A stretch of DNA of 64,000 nucleotides from assembly GCA_965277795.1 (NCBI GenBank), contig OZ255840.1, positions 3,493,566 through 3,557,565 of the forward strand, written 5' to 3'. Positions 18,234 through 27,907 of the stretch are shown piece after piece. The DNA comes from Lapillicoccus sp. GTDB taxonomy: Bacteria > Actinomycetota > Actinomycetes > Actinomycetales > Dermatophilaceae. The notes under the pieces were generated by a model. That model saw only the letters and a program-made list of their open reading frames with translations. It ran no database searches and was not told the origin of the DNA. The position numbers and the translations under genes are program-made. Each line of letters starts with the position of its first letter. The first letter of the stretch is position 1.

Positions 18234-18803
18234 ATGAGTCCCACGTCGTCCACGACCTACCTGCTCGTCGACGGCGAGAACATCGACGCGACGTTGGGCA
18301 TCCACGTGCTCGGCCACCGTCCACAGCCGGACGAGCGGCCGCGGTGGGACCGGATCCGCGAGTTCGCCGCCTCGGTGTGGGGGCAGCCGGTCAAGGCGCT
18401 CTTCTTCCTCAACGCCAGCAACGGGCAGATGCCCATGTCGTTCGTCCAGGCGCTGCTGGCGATGGACTTCCGACCGATCCCGCTGGCCGGGTCGAGCACC
18501 GAGAAGGTCGTCGACATCGGCATCCAGCGCACCCTCGACGCCATCGCGGCGGCGGGTGGGGGCGACGTGCTCCTGGCCAGTCATGACGCCGACTTCGCCC
18601 CGCACCTCGGGCGGCTTGCCCGGTCCGGCCGGCGGGTTGGGGTGCTGGGCCTGCGCGAGTACGTCAGCGCCGACCTGGTTGCCCTGGGTGAGGACGGCCT
18701 CGAGGTGTTCGACCTCGAGGACCGCGTCGGCGCGTTCACCACCCCGTTGCCTCGGGTCCGGATCATCCCGCTCGCCGAGTTCGACCCGACGCGGTACCTC
18801 TGA
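18234..18803 (+). CDS. NYN-domain (LabA/DUF88-like, PIN-related) protein
   Basis: TYLLVDGENIDATLG ... VLLASHDADFAPHLGRL matches the NYN ribonuclease-like fold. Start at ATG 18234. Confidence 0.7.
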   Translation: MSPTSSTTYLLVDGENIDATLGIHVLGHRPQPDERPRWDRIREFAASVWGQPVKALFFLNASNGQMPMSFVQALLAMDFRPIPLAGSSTEKVVDIGIQRTLDAIAAAGGGDVLLASHDADFAPHLGRLARSGRRVGVLGLREYVSADLVALGEDGLEVFDLEDRVGAFTTPLPRVRIIPLAEFDPTRYL

Positions 18804-18849
18804 GCGAGGTCACGAGAGACGGCTGCTCCGGGTCGGCGGCTGCCCGTTG

Positions 18850-19140
18850 TCAGGAACGGACCAGGCGAGCGATCGCCTCGGAGGCTTCCCGGACCTTCTC
18901 GTCCGCCTCGGGGCCGCCGCGCCGCGCGGCGTCGACGACACAATGCGCCAGGTGCTCGTCCAGCAGCTCGAGCGAGAACGACTGGAGCGCCTTGGTCGCC
19001 GCGGAGACCTGGGTGAGGATGTCGATGCAGTACTTGTCGTCCGCGACCATCCCCTGCAGGCCGCGCACCTGACCTTCGATGCGCCGCAGCCGCTTGAGGT
19101 GGGCGGTCTTGGTGTCGTGGTAACCGAACGTCTCGCTCAT
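18850..19140 (-). CDS. csoR: CsoR/RcnR-family metal-sensing transcriptional repressor
   Basis: HLKRLRRIEGQVRGLQGMV...KYCIDILTQ...HLAHCV. Carries the Cys-His-Cys Cu(I) ligand set of CsoR. Confidence 0.85.
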   Translation of the reverse strand: MSETFGYHDTKTAHLKRLRRIEGQVRGLQGMVADDKYCIDILTQVSAATKALQSFSLELLDEHLAHCVVDAARRGGPEADEKVREASEAIARLVRS

Positions 19141-19150
19141 CCCTCAACCT

Positions 19151-19165
19151 TACCCCCTGGGGGTA
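19151..19165. promoter_or_regulatory. CsoR-type operator, perfect palindrome TACCCCCTGGGGGTA
   Basis: 10 bp upstream of csoR start codon. Matches the GC-rich TACCC-N-GGGTA CsoR box consensus known from Mycobacterium and Bacillus. Confidence 0.6.
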
Positions 19166-19411
19166 TGCCTTGGGCTCAGGCTGCGACACCCGCGCCGAGC
19201 GCACGGCCGGCCTCGCGGGCGGAGGTGGCGGCGCCGCGTTGCATCTCGGCAGCCAGGTCGGTGAATCGGGGATGGCGTAGGTCGAGCAGGCTGCTCCTCG
19301 ACACGTGCAGGCGGTCCGTCGGTTCGTCATCGACCCGCTGACCGCCACCCAGCTCACGGCCCTCACGACGGCGGGCCGCCGGATCGTCGCCGGGCTCGAT
19401 GAGCCGTCCGG

Positions 19412-20263
19412 TCAGGAGTAGGTGTAGAAGCCCCGGCCGGTCTTGCGACCCAGCAGCCCGGCGTCGACCATCCGGCTGAGCAGCGGCGGCGCGGCATACA
19501 GGGGTTCCTTGAACTCCTCGTAGAGCGACTCGGCGACCGCCTTGGTGGTGTCGAGGCCGATCAGGTCCGCGAGCGCGAGCGGACCCTGGGGGTGCGCGGC
19601 GCCGCGGACGAGGCCCGCGTCGATGTCCTCGGCGGTCGCGAAGCCGGACTCGAGCATCCGGATCGCGCTGAGGACAAAGGGGATCAGCAACGCGTTGACG
19701 ACGAAACCGGCGCGGTCCTGCGAGTCGATGGCGTGCTTGCCGAGGGTGTCCTGAACGAAGGTCCGCGCAGCCTCGGTCGTCGACTCCTCGGTCAGGAGGC
19801 TGGGGATCAGCTCGACCAGTGAGAGCACCGGGACAGGGTTGAAGAAGTGGATGCCGAGGACGTGGCCGGGGCGTGCGGTGGCGACGGCCAGCTTCGTGAT
19901 CGGGATCGATGAGGTGTTCGAGGCGAGGATCGCGTCGGGCGAGGTGACGATCTCGTCGAGCCGGCGGAAGAGCGCGACCTTGGCCTGCTCGTTCTCGACG
20001 ATCGCCTCGACGACCAGGTCGCGGTCGGCGAGATCGTGCAGGTCGGTCGTGACCCTGACGCGGGCGAGAACGGCCTGCGCGTTGTCCAGCTTCCCGCGTT
20101 CCTGGGCGCGGTGCAGTGACGTGGCGAGCCGAGCCCGCCCGGCCCCGACGGCCTCCTCGCTGGACTCGACGACGACCACGTCGAGCTCGGCCCGGGCGCA
20201 GACCTCCGCGATCCCCGCTCCCATGAGGCCGCAGCCGACGACTCCGACATTCGTGATGCTCAC
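19412..20263 (-). CDS. 3-hydroxyacyl-CoA / 3-hydroxybutyryl-CoA dehydrogenase
   Basis: VGVVGCGLMGAGIAEV Rossmann motif plus C-terminal 3HCDH domain. Start set to GTG (VSITNVGVVG). An ATG 81 nt upstream is an alternative. Confidence 0.8.
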   Translation of the reverse strand: MSITNVGVVGCGLMGAGIAEVCARAELDVVVVESSEEAVGAGRARLATSLHRAQERGKLDNAQAVLARVRVTTDLHDLADRDLVVEAIVENEQAKVALFRRLDEIVTSPDAILASNTSSIPITKLAVATARPGHVLGIHFFNPVPVLSLVELIPSLLTEESTTEAARTFVQDTLGKHAIDSQDRAGFVVNALLIPFVLSAIRMLESGFATAEDIDAGLVRGAAHPQGPLALADLIGLDTTKAVAESLYEEFKEPLYAAPPLLSRMVDAGLLGRKTGRGFYTYS

Positions 20264-20328
20264 CCGGGGATCGTAGGCGGTAGCGGCGTTCGCGGAATGC
20301 GGGCTGTGTGGACCCGGTTGCCGCCCGT

Positions 20329-21159
20329 ATGACACAGAAGACATGGTTCATCACCGGCACGTCACGTGGCTTCGGGCGCGAATGGGCCGAGGCCGCGCTC
20401 GACCGCGGCGACCGAGTGGCCGCCACGGCCCGGGACATCTCCACCCTGGACGACCTGGTCGAGAAGTACGGCGACGCGATCCTGCCGATCCAGCTGGACG
20501 TCACCGACCGGGCCGCCGACTTCGCAGCGGTGCAGCAGGCATACGAGAAGTTCGGCCGGCTCGACGTGGTGGTCAACAACGCCGGGTACGGGCATTTCGG
20601 GTTCATCGAGGAGGTGACCGAGCAGGAGGCTCGCGCGCAGATCGAGACCAACCTGTTCGGGGCGCTGTGGGTGACCCAAGCGGCGCTGCCCTATCTGCGC
20701 GAACAGGGATCGGGGCACATCATCCAGGTCTCGTCGATCGGCGGGATCACGGCATTCCCGGGGATCGGGCTCTACCACGCGTCGAAATGGGGACTCGAAG
20801 GATTCACCCAGGCGCTGGCCGGGGAGGTTGCCGGGTTCGGCGTCCACGTGACGCTCGTCGAACCCGGTGGGTTCTCGACGGACTGGTCCGGTTCGTCTGC
20901 GGCACGCTCCGAGCCGGTCGAGGCATACAACGAGGTGCGAGAGGCGATGACGAAGCGTCGTGAAGCGGCGGCGACGGGTGCCGGACCCGGTGACCCGCAC
21001 GCCTCCGCCGCCGCGATCCTGCGCGTCGTGGACGCCGACGAGCCGCCGCTGCGGGTGTTCTTCGGAGCGTCACCGCTGGGGACGGCGAAGGACGACTACG
21101 CGTCGCGGATCGCGCTGTGGGACAAGTGGGACGACGTGTCGAAGCTCGCCCAGGGCTGA
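20329..21159 (+). CDS. SDR family oxidoreductase
   Basis: TWFITGTSRGFGREWA (TGxxxGxG) ... NNAG ... YHASK. Confidence 0.85.
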   Translation: MTQKTWFITGTSRGFGREWAEAALDRGDRVAATARDISTLDDLVEKYGDAILPIQLDVTDRAADFAAVQQAYEKFGRLDVVVNNAGYGHFGFIEEVTEQEARAQIETNLFGALWVTQAALPYLREQGSGHIIQVSSIGGITAFPGIGLYHASKWGLEGFTQALAGEVAGFGVHVTLVEPGGFSTDWSGSSAARSEPVEAYNEVREAMTKRREAAATGAGPGDPHASAAAILRVVDADEPPLRVFFGASPLGTAKDDYASRIALWDKWDDVSKLAQG

Positions 21160-21273
21160 GCCTCGTGGCGGGGTGAAGCCGCCTGACAGACTGAGCGCGC
21201 GAACACCTCACTCGACCTCCCTGCGACGCGGCGGACACGGCGTCACCGCGTCCGCAGGGTTGCCCTCGCGCTG

Positions 21274-22458
21274 GTGTTAATCCTGCTGGCGGGACTGGTC
21301 GTCGTGATGGCGACCGTCCCGGCGGCCAGCCCACGCCGACTGGCCGCCGGGGTCGCGGAGGCCGGCGACGCCTCGTTCTACACTCCACCACCCTTTGTCG
21401 CGGCTCCGCCGGGGACGGTGGTGCGGTCCGAGAGATTGGGGAGCGCGCCCAACGGCGCCGTTGCGTGGCGGGTGCTCTATCACTCGACCGATGCGTTCGG
21501 CGCAGACATCGTGGTGTCGGGGGTGGTGGTCGCGCCCTCCGGCCCAGCGCCTGCCGGAGGGCGGGTCGTCGTGGGGTGGGGTCATCCGACGACGGGCGCG
21601 GTCGCACGCTGCGCGCCGTCGAACGGGATCGACCCGTTCGTCCTGATCGAGGGTTCGCTCGCACTGCTTCGTGCTGGCTATGTCATCGCAGCGGCGGACT
21701 ATCCGGGGCTGGGGGTAGCTGGACAGAGCTCGTACCTCGTGGGAGCCAGCGAGGCGCACAGCGTGCTCGACTCGGTCCGCGCGGCGCGGTCGCTGGTCGC
21801 CGGCGCAGGGCCGGCCACCGTGCTGTGGGGACACTCGCAGGGCGGTCAGGCCGTGCTCTTCGCTGGTCAGCTGGCCCGCTCGTATGCGCCGGAGCTGCGC
21901 GTGCGCGCCGCCGCTGTCGCCGCCCCGGCAGCTGAGCTCGGGACGTTGCTCAAGGACGACATCGGGGACATCTCGGGAGTGACGATCGGGTCCTACGCGT
22001 TTGCGGCATACAGCTCGGTCTATGCCTCCCGCTATCCCGGGTTGTCGCTGTCGTCGATCCTCACGCCGGCCGGCGCGGCGGCTACGCCCGCCATGGCCGG
22101 CCTCTGCTTGTTCGGGCAGATGCCCACCATCCACTCTCTGGCGCGACCGCTGGTCGGTGGCTATCTATCGGCCAACCCAGCCACCACCCCACCGTGGTCG
22201 CAGCTGCTGGCCGAGAACACCCCCGGCTCTGCTCCACTCGGAGTGCCGTTGTTCGTGGCCCAGGGCCTGAAAGACACGCTGGTCCGACCGGCCGCCACGT
22301 CGACGTATGTGGCCCGCGTATGCGCGGCCGGCGAGCATGTGGTCTTCCGGCAGTACCCGAACGACGACCACGGCTCGGTTGCCAACACCGCGGTCCCGGA
22401 CGTGCTTCCGTTCTTCGCTGCCACGCTGGCGGGGGCCGCCCCGGGATCGACCTGCTGA
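21274..22458 (+). CDS. Secretory lipase (LIP family) with signal peptide
   Basis: N-terminal hydrophobic signal. GHSQGG nucleophile elbow. Conserved D and H downstream. Confidence 0.7.
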   Translation: MLILLAGLVVVMATVPAASPRRLAAGVAEAGDASFYTPPPFVAAPPGTVVRSERLGSAPNGAVAWRVLYHSTDAFGADIVVSGVVVAPSGPAPAGGRVVVGWGHPTTGAVARCAPSNGIDPFVLIEGSLALLRAGYVIAAADYPGLGVAGQSSYLVGASEAHSVLDSVRAARSLVAGAGPATVLWGHSQGGQAVLFAGQLARSYAPELRVRAAAVAAPAAELGTLLKDDIGDISGVTIGSYAFAAYSSVYASRYPGLSLSSILTPAGAAATPAMAGLCLFGQMPTIHSLARPLVGGYLSANPATTPPWSQLLAENTPGSAPLGVPLFVAQGLKDTLVRPAATSTYVARVCAAGEHVVFRQYPNDDHGSVANTAVPDVLPFFAATLAGAAPGSTC

Positions 22459-22528
22459 GCCGTCCTGTCGGGGTGTGACGCTTGGGTATAGTGAGCGCTC
22501 GCCGGAGCGACCCGGCGCAGATCAATAA

Positions 22529-22602
22529 GGCCAGGTAGCTCAGTTGGTACGAGCGTCCGACTGAAAATCGGAAGGTCGGCGGTTCGACCCCGCCCCTGGC
22601 CA
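22529..22602 (+). tRNA. tRNA-Phe (anticodon GAA)
   Basis: GGCCAGGTAGCTCAGTTGGTACGAGCGTCCGACTGAAAATCGGAAGGTCGGCGGTTCGACCCCGCCCCTGGCCA. Anticodon loop CTGAAAA. Confidence 0.9.
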
Positions 22603-22717
22603 CCTCCCAAAACCGCAGGTCAGCCGCACGTCAGATGAGCCGCGTACCTGGACGAGAACCCGCGCGTCGGACGACGATGGGCCGAGACGTGCCGGCGCAA
22701 CATGCGTCTGCACCTCG

Positions 22718-23446
22718 GTGACCTCCTCGTTCTGCCGAGCTCGCAGATCCGCGCCCCCCAAGAATCCGTGCGCCATCCCGGGAGCCGGGCACCTCAAGGC
22801 GGCGGAGAGGCCCACCGCTACGCCCGAGCAGGTCGCCCAGCTCATCGAGGCGATCACGCCGCGATACCGGGCGGCCGTGGTGCTGGCCGCCCGGTGTGGT
22901 CTGCGCCGCGGGGAGGTCTGCGGCTTGCGGGTCACCGACGTCAACCTCGAGGAGGGCACGGTGCGCGTGCACAAGAACTGGGTGGAGCTGCTGCAGGCGC
23001 CGGTGCGGTTCGAGAAGGACCCGAAGACCGACGCCGGGAAGCGAACGGTGAACATCCCGCCGCACGTGATGCCGCTGCTGGAGTACCACCTGCGCACGTA
23101 TGCCGGCCCGGAGTTCTTCAACGTCGGGCTCGACGGTTACCGGGCGCGGGGGGACACGATCTACCAGGCCTTCGTACGCGCCCGGCATGAGGTCGGGATC
23201 AACATGACCTTCCACGACCTGCGGCACACCGGGCAGACCATGGCCGCGGCCGCCGGCGCCAACCTGGCCGACCTCATACGCCGGCTCGGGCACTCCTCGT
23301 CGGTGGCCGCGCTGCGCTACCTGCACCCCGTCGAGGGCTGGGACAAGGAGATCCGCCCAAAACCTCTCCCGGATGGCGCAGACCCCGTCGTTGACCCACC
23401 TGTACCGCCGCCGTCGACCAGGCCGCCCAATGGCCCATCGAACTAG
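22718..23446 (+). pseudogene. Tyrosine recombinase (phage integrase), N-terminally truncated; catalytic domain only
   Basis: Linker TPEQVAQLIEAI, box I GLRRGEV, box II HDLRHTGQT...LGHSSSVAALRYLH (R..HxxR..Y present). The arm- and core-binding domains are absent. Only about 190 nt separate it from the tRNA-Phe 3' end. Confidence 0.7.
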
Positions 23447-23688
23447 GCGAAGGGCGCCAGGACCATGCCAGCTGATCCTCCGCCTGGGGTCTCCAGGATT
23501 CTCGAACGCCCGTACAAAAATGCTTGAGACATGACACTGTGCAGACCCAAATGCAACACAACCGGGCTTAGTGTTACATTGTGGATTTGAGCCTGTTCGG
23601 AAGCGAGAGCTCCGGACACCTTGAGCGAATCTCTAGGACGGACCCGAGGACCCGCTCGTGAGAGCACGCCGCCTTCATACCTGACCCC

Positions 23689-24792
23689 TTGCCTGACCTC
23701 ATGCCCTCACTGTCGGCACAAACCGTCCTGCGGTTGGGCGACGCTCGGGCGGCGCTCGCCGCCCTCGACAGCACCGCACGCCAGCTGCGCAACCCGAGCG
23801 TATTCAGGCAGCCCTCCCTGCGCCTCGAGGCACAGAGCACGTCGGCGTTAGAGGGGACGTACGAACCCCTCAGGGCAGTCCTGACCGCCGATCCCGAGGA
23901 ACACCAATCAGTCGGAATGCGCGAAGTCCTCAACTACGTGACGACTGCTGAGTTCGCGTTCCAATGGCTGTCCGACGACCGGCCGATCACCCTGGGTCTC
24001 CTAGCGGAGCTGCAGAAGCGGCTCGTCGTCGGCACAGCCGCAGACACGCCATCCGCCGGTGACGTGAGAGACATCCAAGTCGTCATCGGCAATCGTCCTG
24101 GGGAGCCCGTGCAGAGCGCTCGGTTTGTTCCGCACCCTCCCGGCGACGAGCTGAAGCGCCGACTTCGGGATCTCGTGGACTGGGTCCAAGACGGACACGC
24201 TGGATCAGTTGATCCCGTCGTAGGCGCCGCGATGGCGCACTACGCCTTCGAGACCCTCCATCCATTCAACGACGGGAACGGCCGGATCGGGCGGCTCCTG
24301 GTGGTCATGCAGCTCTACGGGTCAGGCACCCTGAGCGAGCCGACCTTGACGGTGTCCCCCTGGTTCGAAGCCCGACGCCAGGAGTACTACGACCGGCTCC
24401 TTGCGGTGAGTACCAACTCCCGCTGGGACGAGTGGATCCGGTTCTTCGCCGAGGGCCTAGCCGCCTCGGCCAGTTCCACCCGTTCGACGATGCTCGCCCT
24501 GGTCGACGCCCAGATCTTGCTACGTGAGCAGGTCCGCACTTCACCTCTCAGAGCAGATACCGCCCAGGCGGTGGTCGAGTTCGCCATGGAGCATCTCGTC
24601 TTCACCGTCAGGGAGGTGCAGGCGGCAGTCGCCGTCTCGTATCCCCGGGCGAACAAGCTCGTCGCGGACCTCGTCGACCTCGGGGTCCTTTCAGCCCTGG
24701 ACCCCGAGGGCGTCTACCGGAGACGGTTCTACGCTCCATTGGCGCTCAACGCCTTGACCGGGACAGAGGGCCGCGGAGACCATGAGGAATAG
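23689..24792 (+). CDS. Fic/DOC family protein (class II, intramolecular inhibitory helix)
   Basis: HPFNDGNGRIGR Fic motif. N-terminal TSALEG inhibitory motif ((S/T)xxxE(G/N)). Confidence 0.85.
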   Translation: MPDLMPSLSAQTVLRLGDARAALAALDSTARQLRNPSVFRQPSLRLEAQSTSALEGTYEPLRAVLTADPEEHQSVGMREVLNYVTTAEFAFQWLSDDRPITLGLLAELQKRLVVGTAADTPSAGDVRDIQVVIGNRPGEPVQSARFVPHPPGDELKRRLRDLVDWVQDGHAGSVDPVVGAAMAHYAFETLHPFNDGNGRIGRLLVVMQLYGSGTLSEPTLTVSPWFEARRQEYYDRLLAVSTNSRWDEWIRFFAEGLAASASSTRSTMLALVDAQILLREQVRTSPLRADTAQAVVEFAMEHLVFTVREVQAAVAVSYPRANKLVADLVDLGVLSALDPEGVYRRRFYAPLALNALTGTEGRGDHEE

Positions 24793-24826
24793 AGCGTCAG
24801 TTGTGCGCAGGAGTCCCGCGTGCCAA

Positions 24827-26000
24827 GCAGCAACTAGTGGTGTGTCCCGCAAATAACTAGCGGTATTGTTGGTATTCTTGTCGTATGAGCGCACCCGCGG
24901 CCCCGCCGTTGCCGATGTCAGAGAGTCAGCGGGCCACCTTGGAGCAGTTGTCCCGGTCCCAGTCCGCGGCGCATCGGCAGGTGCAGCGCGCCAAGGCGTT
25001 GCTGCTGGCGGCGGATGGGGTTGCCAACACACGGATCTCGGCGCAGGTCGGGGTGACGCCGGTGACGGTGCGGGCCTGGCGTGAGCGGTTCGAACAGGAG
25101 GGGCTGGCGAAGCTGGGTCAGGTCCGGGCGGGACGCGGGCGCAAGGAGAGCATCACCCAGGAGCAGGTCCGCGCGATCGTGCACGACACGTTGCACACCA
25201 CGCCGAAGGGTCAGACGCATTGGTCGTGTCGCATGATGGCCAAGCACGCCGGGGTGAGTTCCTCTACGGTGCAACGGGTCTGGCACGACCTCGGGATCAA
25301 GCCACACCGCCTCGACACGTTCAAGGTCTCGAACGACCCGGCCTTCGAGGAGAAGCTGACTGACGTGGTCGGGCTCTACCTGGACCCGCCGGAGAAGGCG
25401 GTGGTGCTGTGCGTGGACGAGAAGTCTCAGGTGCAGGCGTTGGACCGTACCCAGCCTTCGCTGCCGATGGTCAAGGGTCGTGGTGCGACGATGACCCACG
25501 ACTACAAGCGCAACGGCACGACCACGCTGTTCGCCGCCCTGAACGTGCTCACCGGGCAGGTCACGGGGCGCTGCTTCGACCGGCACCGGCACGACGAGTT
25601 TCTCAAGTTCCTGGCGGTCATCGACACCGAAGTGCCCCAGGGCCAGGCGGTCCACGTGATCCTGGACAACTACGGCACGCACAAGCACGCTGACGTGAGG
25701 CGCTGGCTGGGTCGGCACCAGCGGTTCCACCTGCACTTCATCCCGACCTCCTCGTCCTGGCTGAACCAGGTCGAACGGTGGTTCCGTGACCTGGACGGCA
25801 AGGCGCTGCGTCGAGGCAGTTTCAACTCGGTGCCTGACCTGATCGCCGCGATCGAGGACTACCTGCAGGCCAACAACGATGACCCCGCCCCGTTCGTGTG
25901 GACCGCGACCGCCGAGTCGATCCTGGCCAAGGTCACCCGCGCCCGCCGCAAACTCGAGGAAGTAGTTAATCAATGATGAGACGGACCACTAGCTGCTACA
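24827..26000 (+). mobile_element. IS630-family insertion sequence (about 1.17 kb)
   Basis: Terminal inverted repeats about 12-18 bp (AGCAACTAGTGG... / ...CCACTAGCTGCT). Single transposase ORF. Size is typical of IS630/Tc1-mariner-type IS. Confidence 0.6.
24885..25976 (+). CDS. IS630-family transposase
   Basis: N-terminal HTH (helix-turn-helix_38-like). DDE region VLCVDEKSQVQALDRT...VILDNYGTHKH...WLNQVERWF. Confidence 0.9.
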   Translation: MSAPAAPPLPMSESQRATLEQLSRSQSAAHRQVQRAKALLLAADGVANTRISAQVGVTPVTVRAWRERFEQEGLAKLGQVRAGRGRKESITQEQVRAIVHDTLHTTPKGQTHWSCRMMAKHAGVSSSTVQRVWHDLGIKPHRLDTFKVSNDPAFEEKLTDVVGLYLDPPEKAVVLCVDEKSQVQALDRTQPSLPMVKGRGATMTHDYKRNGTTTLFAALNVLTGQVTGRCFDRHRHDEFLKFLAVIDTEVPQGQAVHVILDNYGTHKHADVRRWLGRHQRFHLHFIPTSSSWLNQVERWFRDLDGKALRRGSFNSVPDLIAAIEDYLQANNDDPAPFVWTATAESILAKVTRARRKLEEVVNQ

Positions 26001-26080
26001 CCTACGGGTCGTCCAAATGAACTTCACAAGTGCTGCGCGATGAACTCGCGTGTCTCGCGATCGGTCGAGTAGATGCCGAC

Positions 26081-27907
26081 TCAGAGCATCCCGCGGGTGA
26101 GAAGCACCTTGTAGACGTTGCGGATCAGCCGATCCACGTCGGCATCCGTGACCTGCGTCCTGCGCGTCAGGACCGGGTCTCTGCTGGCGGCTCGGTCGGC
26201 GACCCACCGGTCCCCTCGTCGCACCAGGTCCGGCCCGATGATGACGCCGGCGTAGTCGTACTCGAAGCCCTGAGCCGTGTAGATGCAGCCGACCTGCGCG
26301 AACCCCGCCGGGTCGCTGGCCCACAGGGCCGCCGGTGGCGCGCCGCCTGTGGCCCTGTCGCCCTTGAGGTTCCACGGGCGCGACCAGTCACCGATCTTGA
26401 CGTCGTCGACGAGGGAGCCGTCCGCTCGCGGGCTGCTCCATCGCCAGCAGAAACCAGCGGTGATGCGGGCGCCGTAGCCCTCGGCCTGCCGGCTCTGCAG
26501 CCAACCGTCGAGCTCAAAAGGGGAGTCCATGAGCTCGACGGCATAGCTCGCCTCGTCGTCGGTCCATGGTCGGGGCCCGCCGGGTCGCAGATCCAGAAGT
26601 CTTTCGACCCAGTCGATGAACTCGAGGGATCCGCCGCAGCGGAACTGCGCGTCGAGGTCGATGTGAGTGACGGCGATGCCGCGGTCTTCGGCGGCTGTGG
26701 TGATGTCGCGGACGGTTCCCATCTCGCCGGGCCGGACGACCTGGTTCTCGTCCAGCAAGAACACCGGGACGCGTGCGGCGAAAAGCAGCTCTTCGACCTG
26801 TGACCGGCCGGTGCGCATCGACGACCGAGTGAAGCGGTTGGCCGAGGTCTCCCGGATGCGGTGGGCCTCGTCCAGGATGAGGCACTCGATCTCGTTCGGC
26901 GCCGCAGCCATGAAGGAGTTGAAGTACTGGAAGGCCCGCCGCACTCGGGGGGCACCGCGGGCGGCGACCTTGCGCAGCGTGGTCGTGAACGACTGTGACC
27001 CGGTGGCGTGGATGACCGTGCGGCCCTGTCTCGCCAGCTCGCCGAACAGCGAGAGCGCGATGACACTCTTGCCACTCCCCGGGCCGCCGGAGACCACGAC
27101 TGCCGTCTTCGTATTGCTCTCCCGCGCTTTCGCGACCGCGTGCAGCACCGTGTTGTAGGCGTCCCGCTGCTCGTCCAGCAGGACGAACATCTCCCGCCGT
27201 TGCACCTCCTCGGCGGCCAGCTGCATCAGCTGCTTCGACGGCACGATCCGGCTCGACAGGAGCTCGTCGGCAGCATCGGCTCCCGATGCGGGCGTGAAGA
27301 ACGACCGGAGGTATGCGGCCAGTTCACCGCGGTGCTGTCCCGTGAACAGCCTGACGCGGGAATCGAATCCGCCGCTGAGGAGATCTCGAACACCGTCGTC
27401 ACTGGCGTTATGCAGATAGGCGACGCCGGCAACCTCGCGACGGCGCTCGTTCAGCGTGGCGGTGAAGTCAGTCAGGTACTCGCAGTAGCCACGGACCTGG
27501 TCCAGCGGATGGCTAACGGGTCGGCTGCCGTAGCTGGGAACCGTGACCAGCACATCGCTGTCCTCATACCGGTTCGCTTGGCTCCACTGCTTCATCTCGA
27601 CGACGAGGTATGCGGGTCTCCCGGTACGTGAGGAGACGCCCGCCAGGACGACATCCGCGCGTTTGCTCGTGAGCGGCAACCGGTACTCGATCATCATCTC
27701 GACACCGCCGCGACCGGCTCCCACGAGATCCGCGGCGAGAACCGGCAGGCTCATGCCCCACGACCTCCGCTCGCCGGGAGACGGACGCTGACCGGTGTGA
27801 TGCACCATCTGGTCGGCGAGCATCTCCTCCAGGCGCGCCTCCAGCGCGGAGAACCCCTCGGCGGACTGACGCGACAACGAGGACAACGAGTAGCTCCCGG
27901 GCAGCAC
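26081..27907 (-). CDS. DUF2075/Schlafen-like P-loop ATPase with N-terminal nuclease-like domain
   Basis: Walker A VVSGGPGSGKSV, Walker B LILDEAH, motif VI-like KVLLTRG. DUF2075-typical GFCWRWS and CIYTAQGFEYDYAGVIIGPD. N-terminal DVVLAG...YLVVEMKQW region resembles a PD-(D/E)xK fold. An in-frame TGA is followed by 18 more in-frame codons (VGIYSTDRETREFIAQHL). Confidence 0.7.
   Translation of the reverse strand: MLPGSYSLSSLSRQSAEGFSALEARLEEMLADQMVHHTGQRPSPGERRSWGMSLPVLAADLVGAGRGGVEMMIEYRLPLTSKRADVVLAGVSSRTGRPAYLVVEMKQWSQANRYEDSDVLVTVPSYGSRPVSHPLDQVRGYCEYLTDFTATLNERRREVAGVAYLHNASDDGVRDLLSGGFDSRVRLFTGQHRGELAAYLRSFFTPASGADAADELLSSRIVPSKQLMQLAAEEVQRREMFVLLDEQRDAYNTVLHAVAKARESNTKTAVVVSGGPGSGKSVIALSLFGELARQGRTVIHATGSQSFTTTLRKVAARGAPRVRRAFQYFNSFMAAAPNEIECLILDEAHRIRETSANRFTRSSMRTGRSQVEELLFAARVPVFLLDENQVVRPGEMGTVRDITTAAEDRGIAVTHIDLDAQFRCGGSLEFIDWVERLLDLRPGGPRPWTDDEASYAVELMDSPFELDGWLQSRQAEGYGARITAGFCWRWSSPRADGSLVDDVKIGDWSRPWNLKGDRATGGAPPAALWASDPAGFAQVGCIYTAQGFEYDYAGVIIGPDLVRRGDRWVADRAASRDPVLTRRTQVTDADVDRLIRNVYKVLLTRGML

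Noticed and set aside
24827-26000. TA target-site duplication flanking the IS630-family element
   Set aside because: The flanks read ...gccaagc | IR and IR | acacc.... A clean TA/TA duplication is not evident, so exact IS termini are left approximate.
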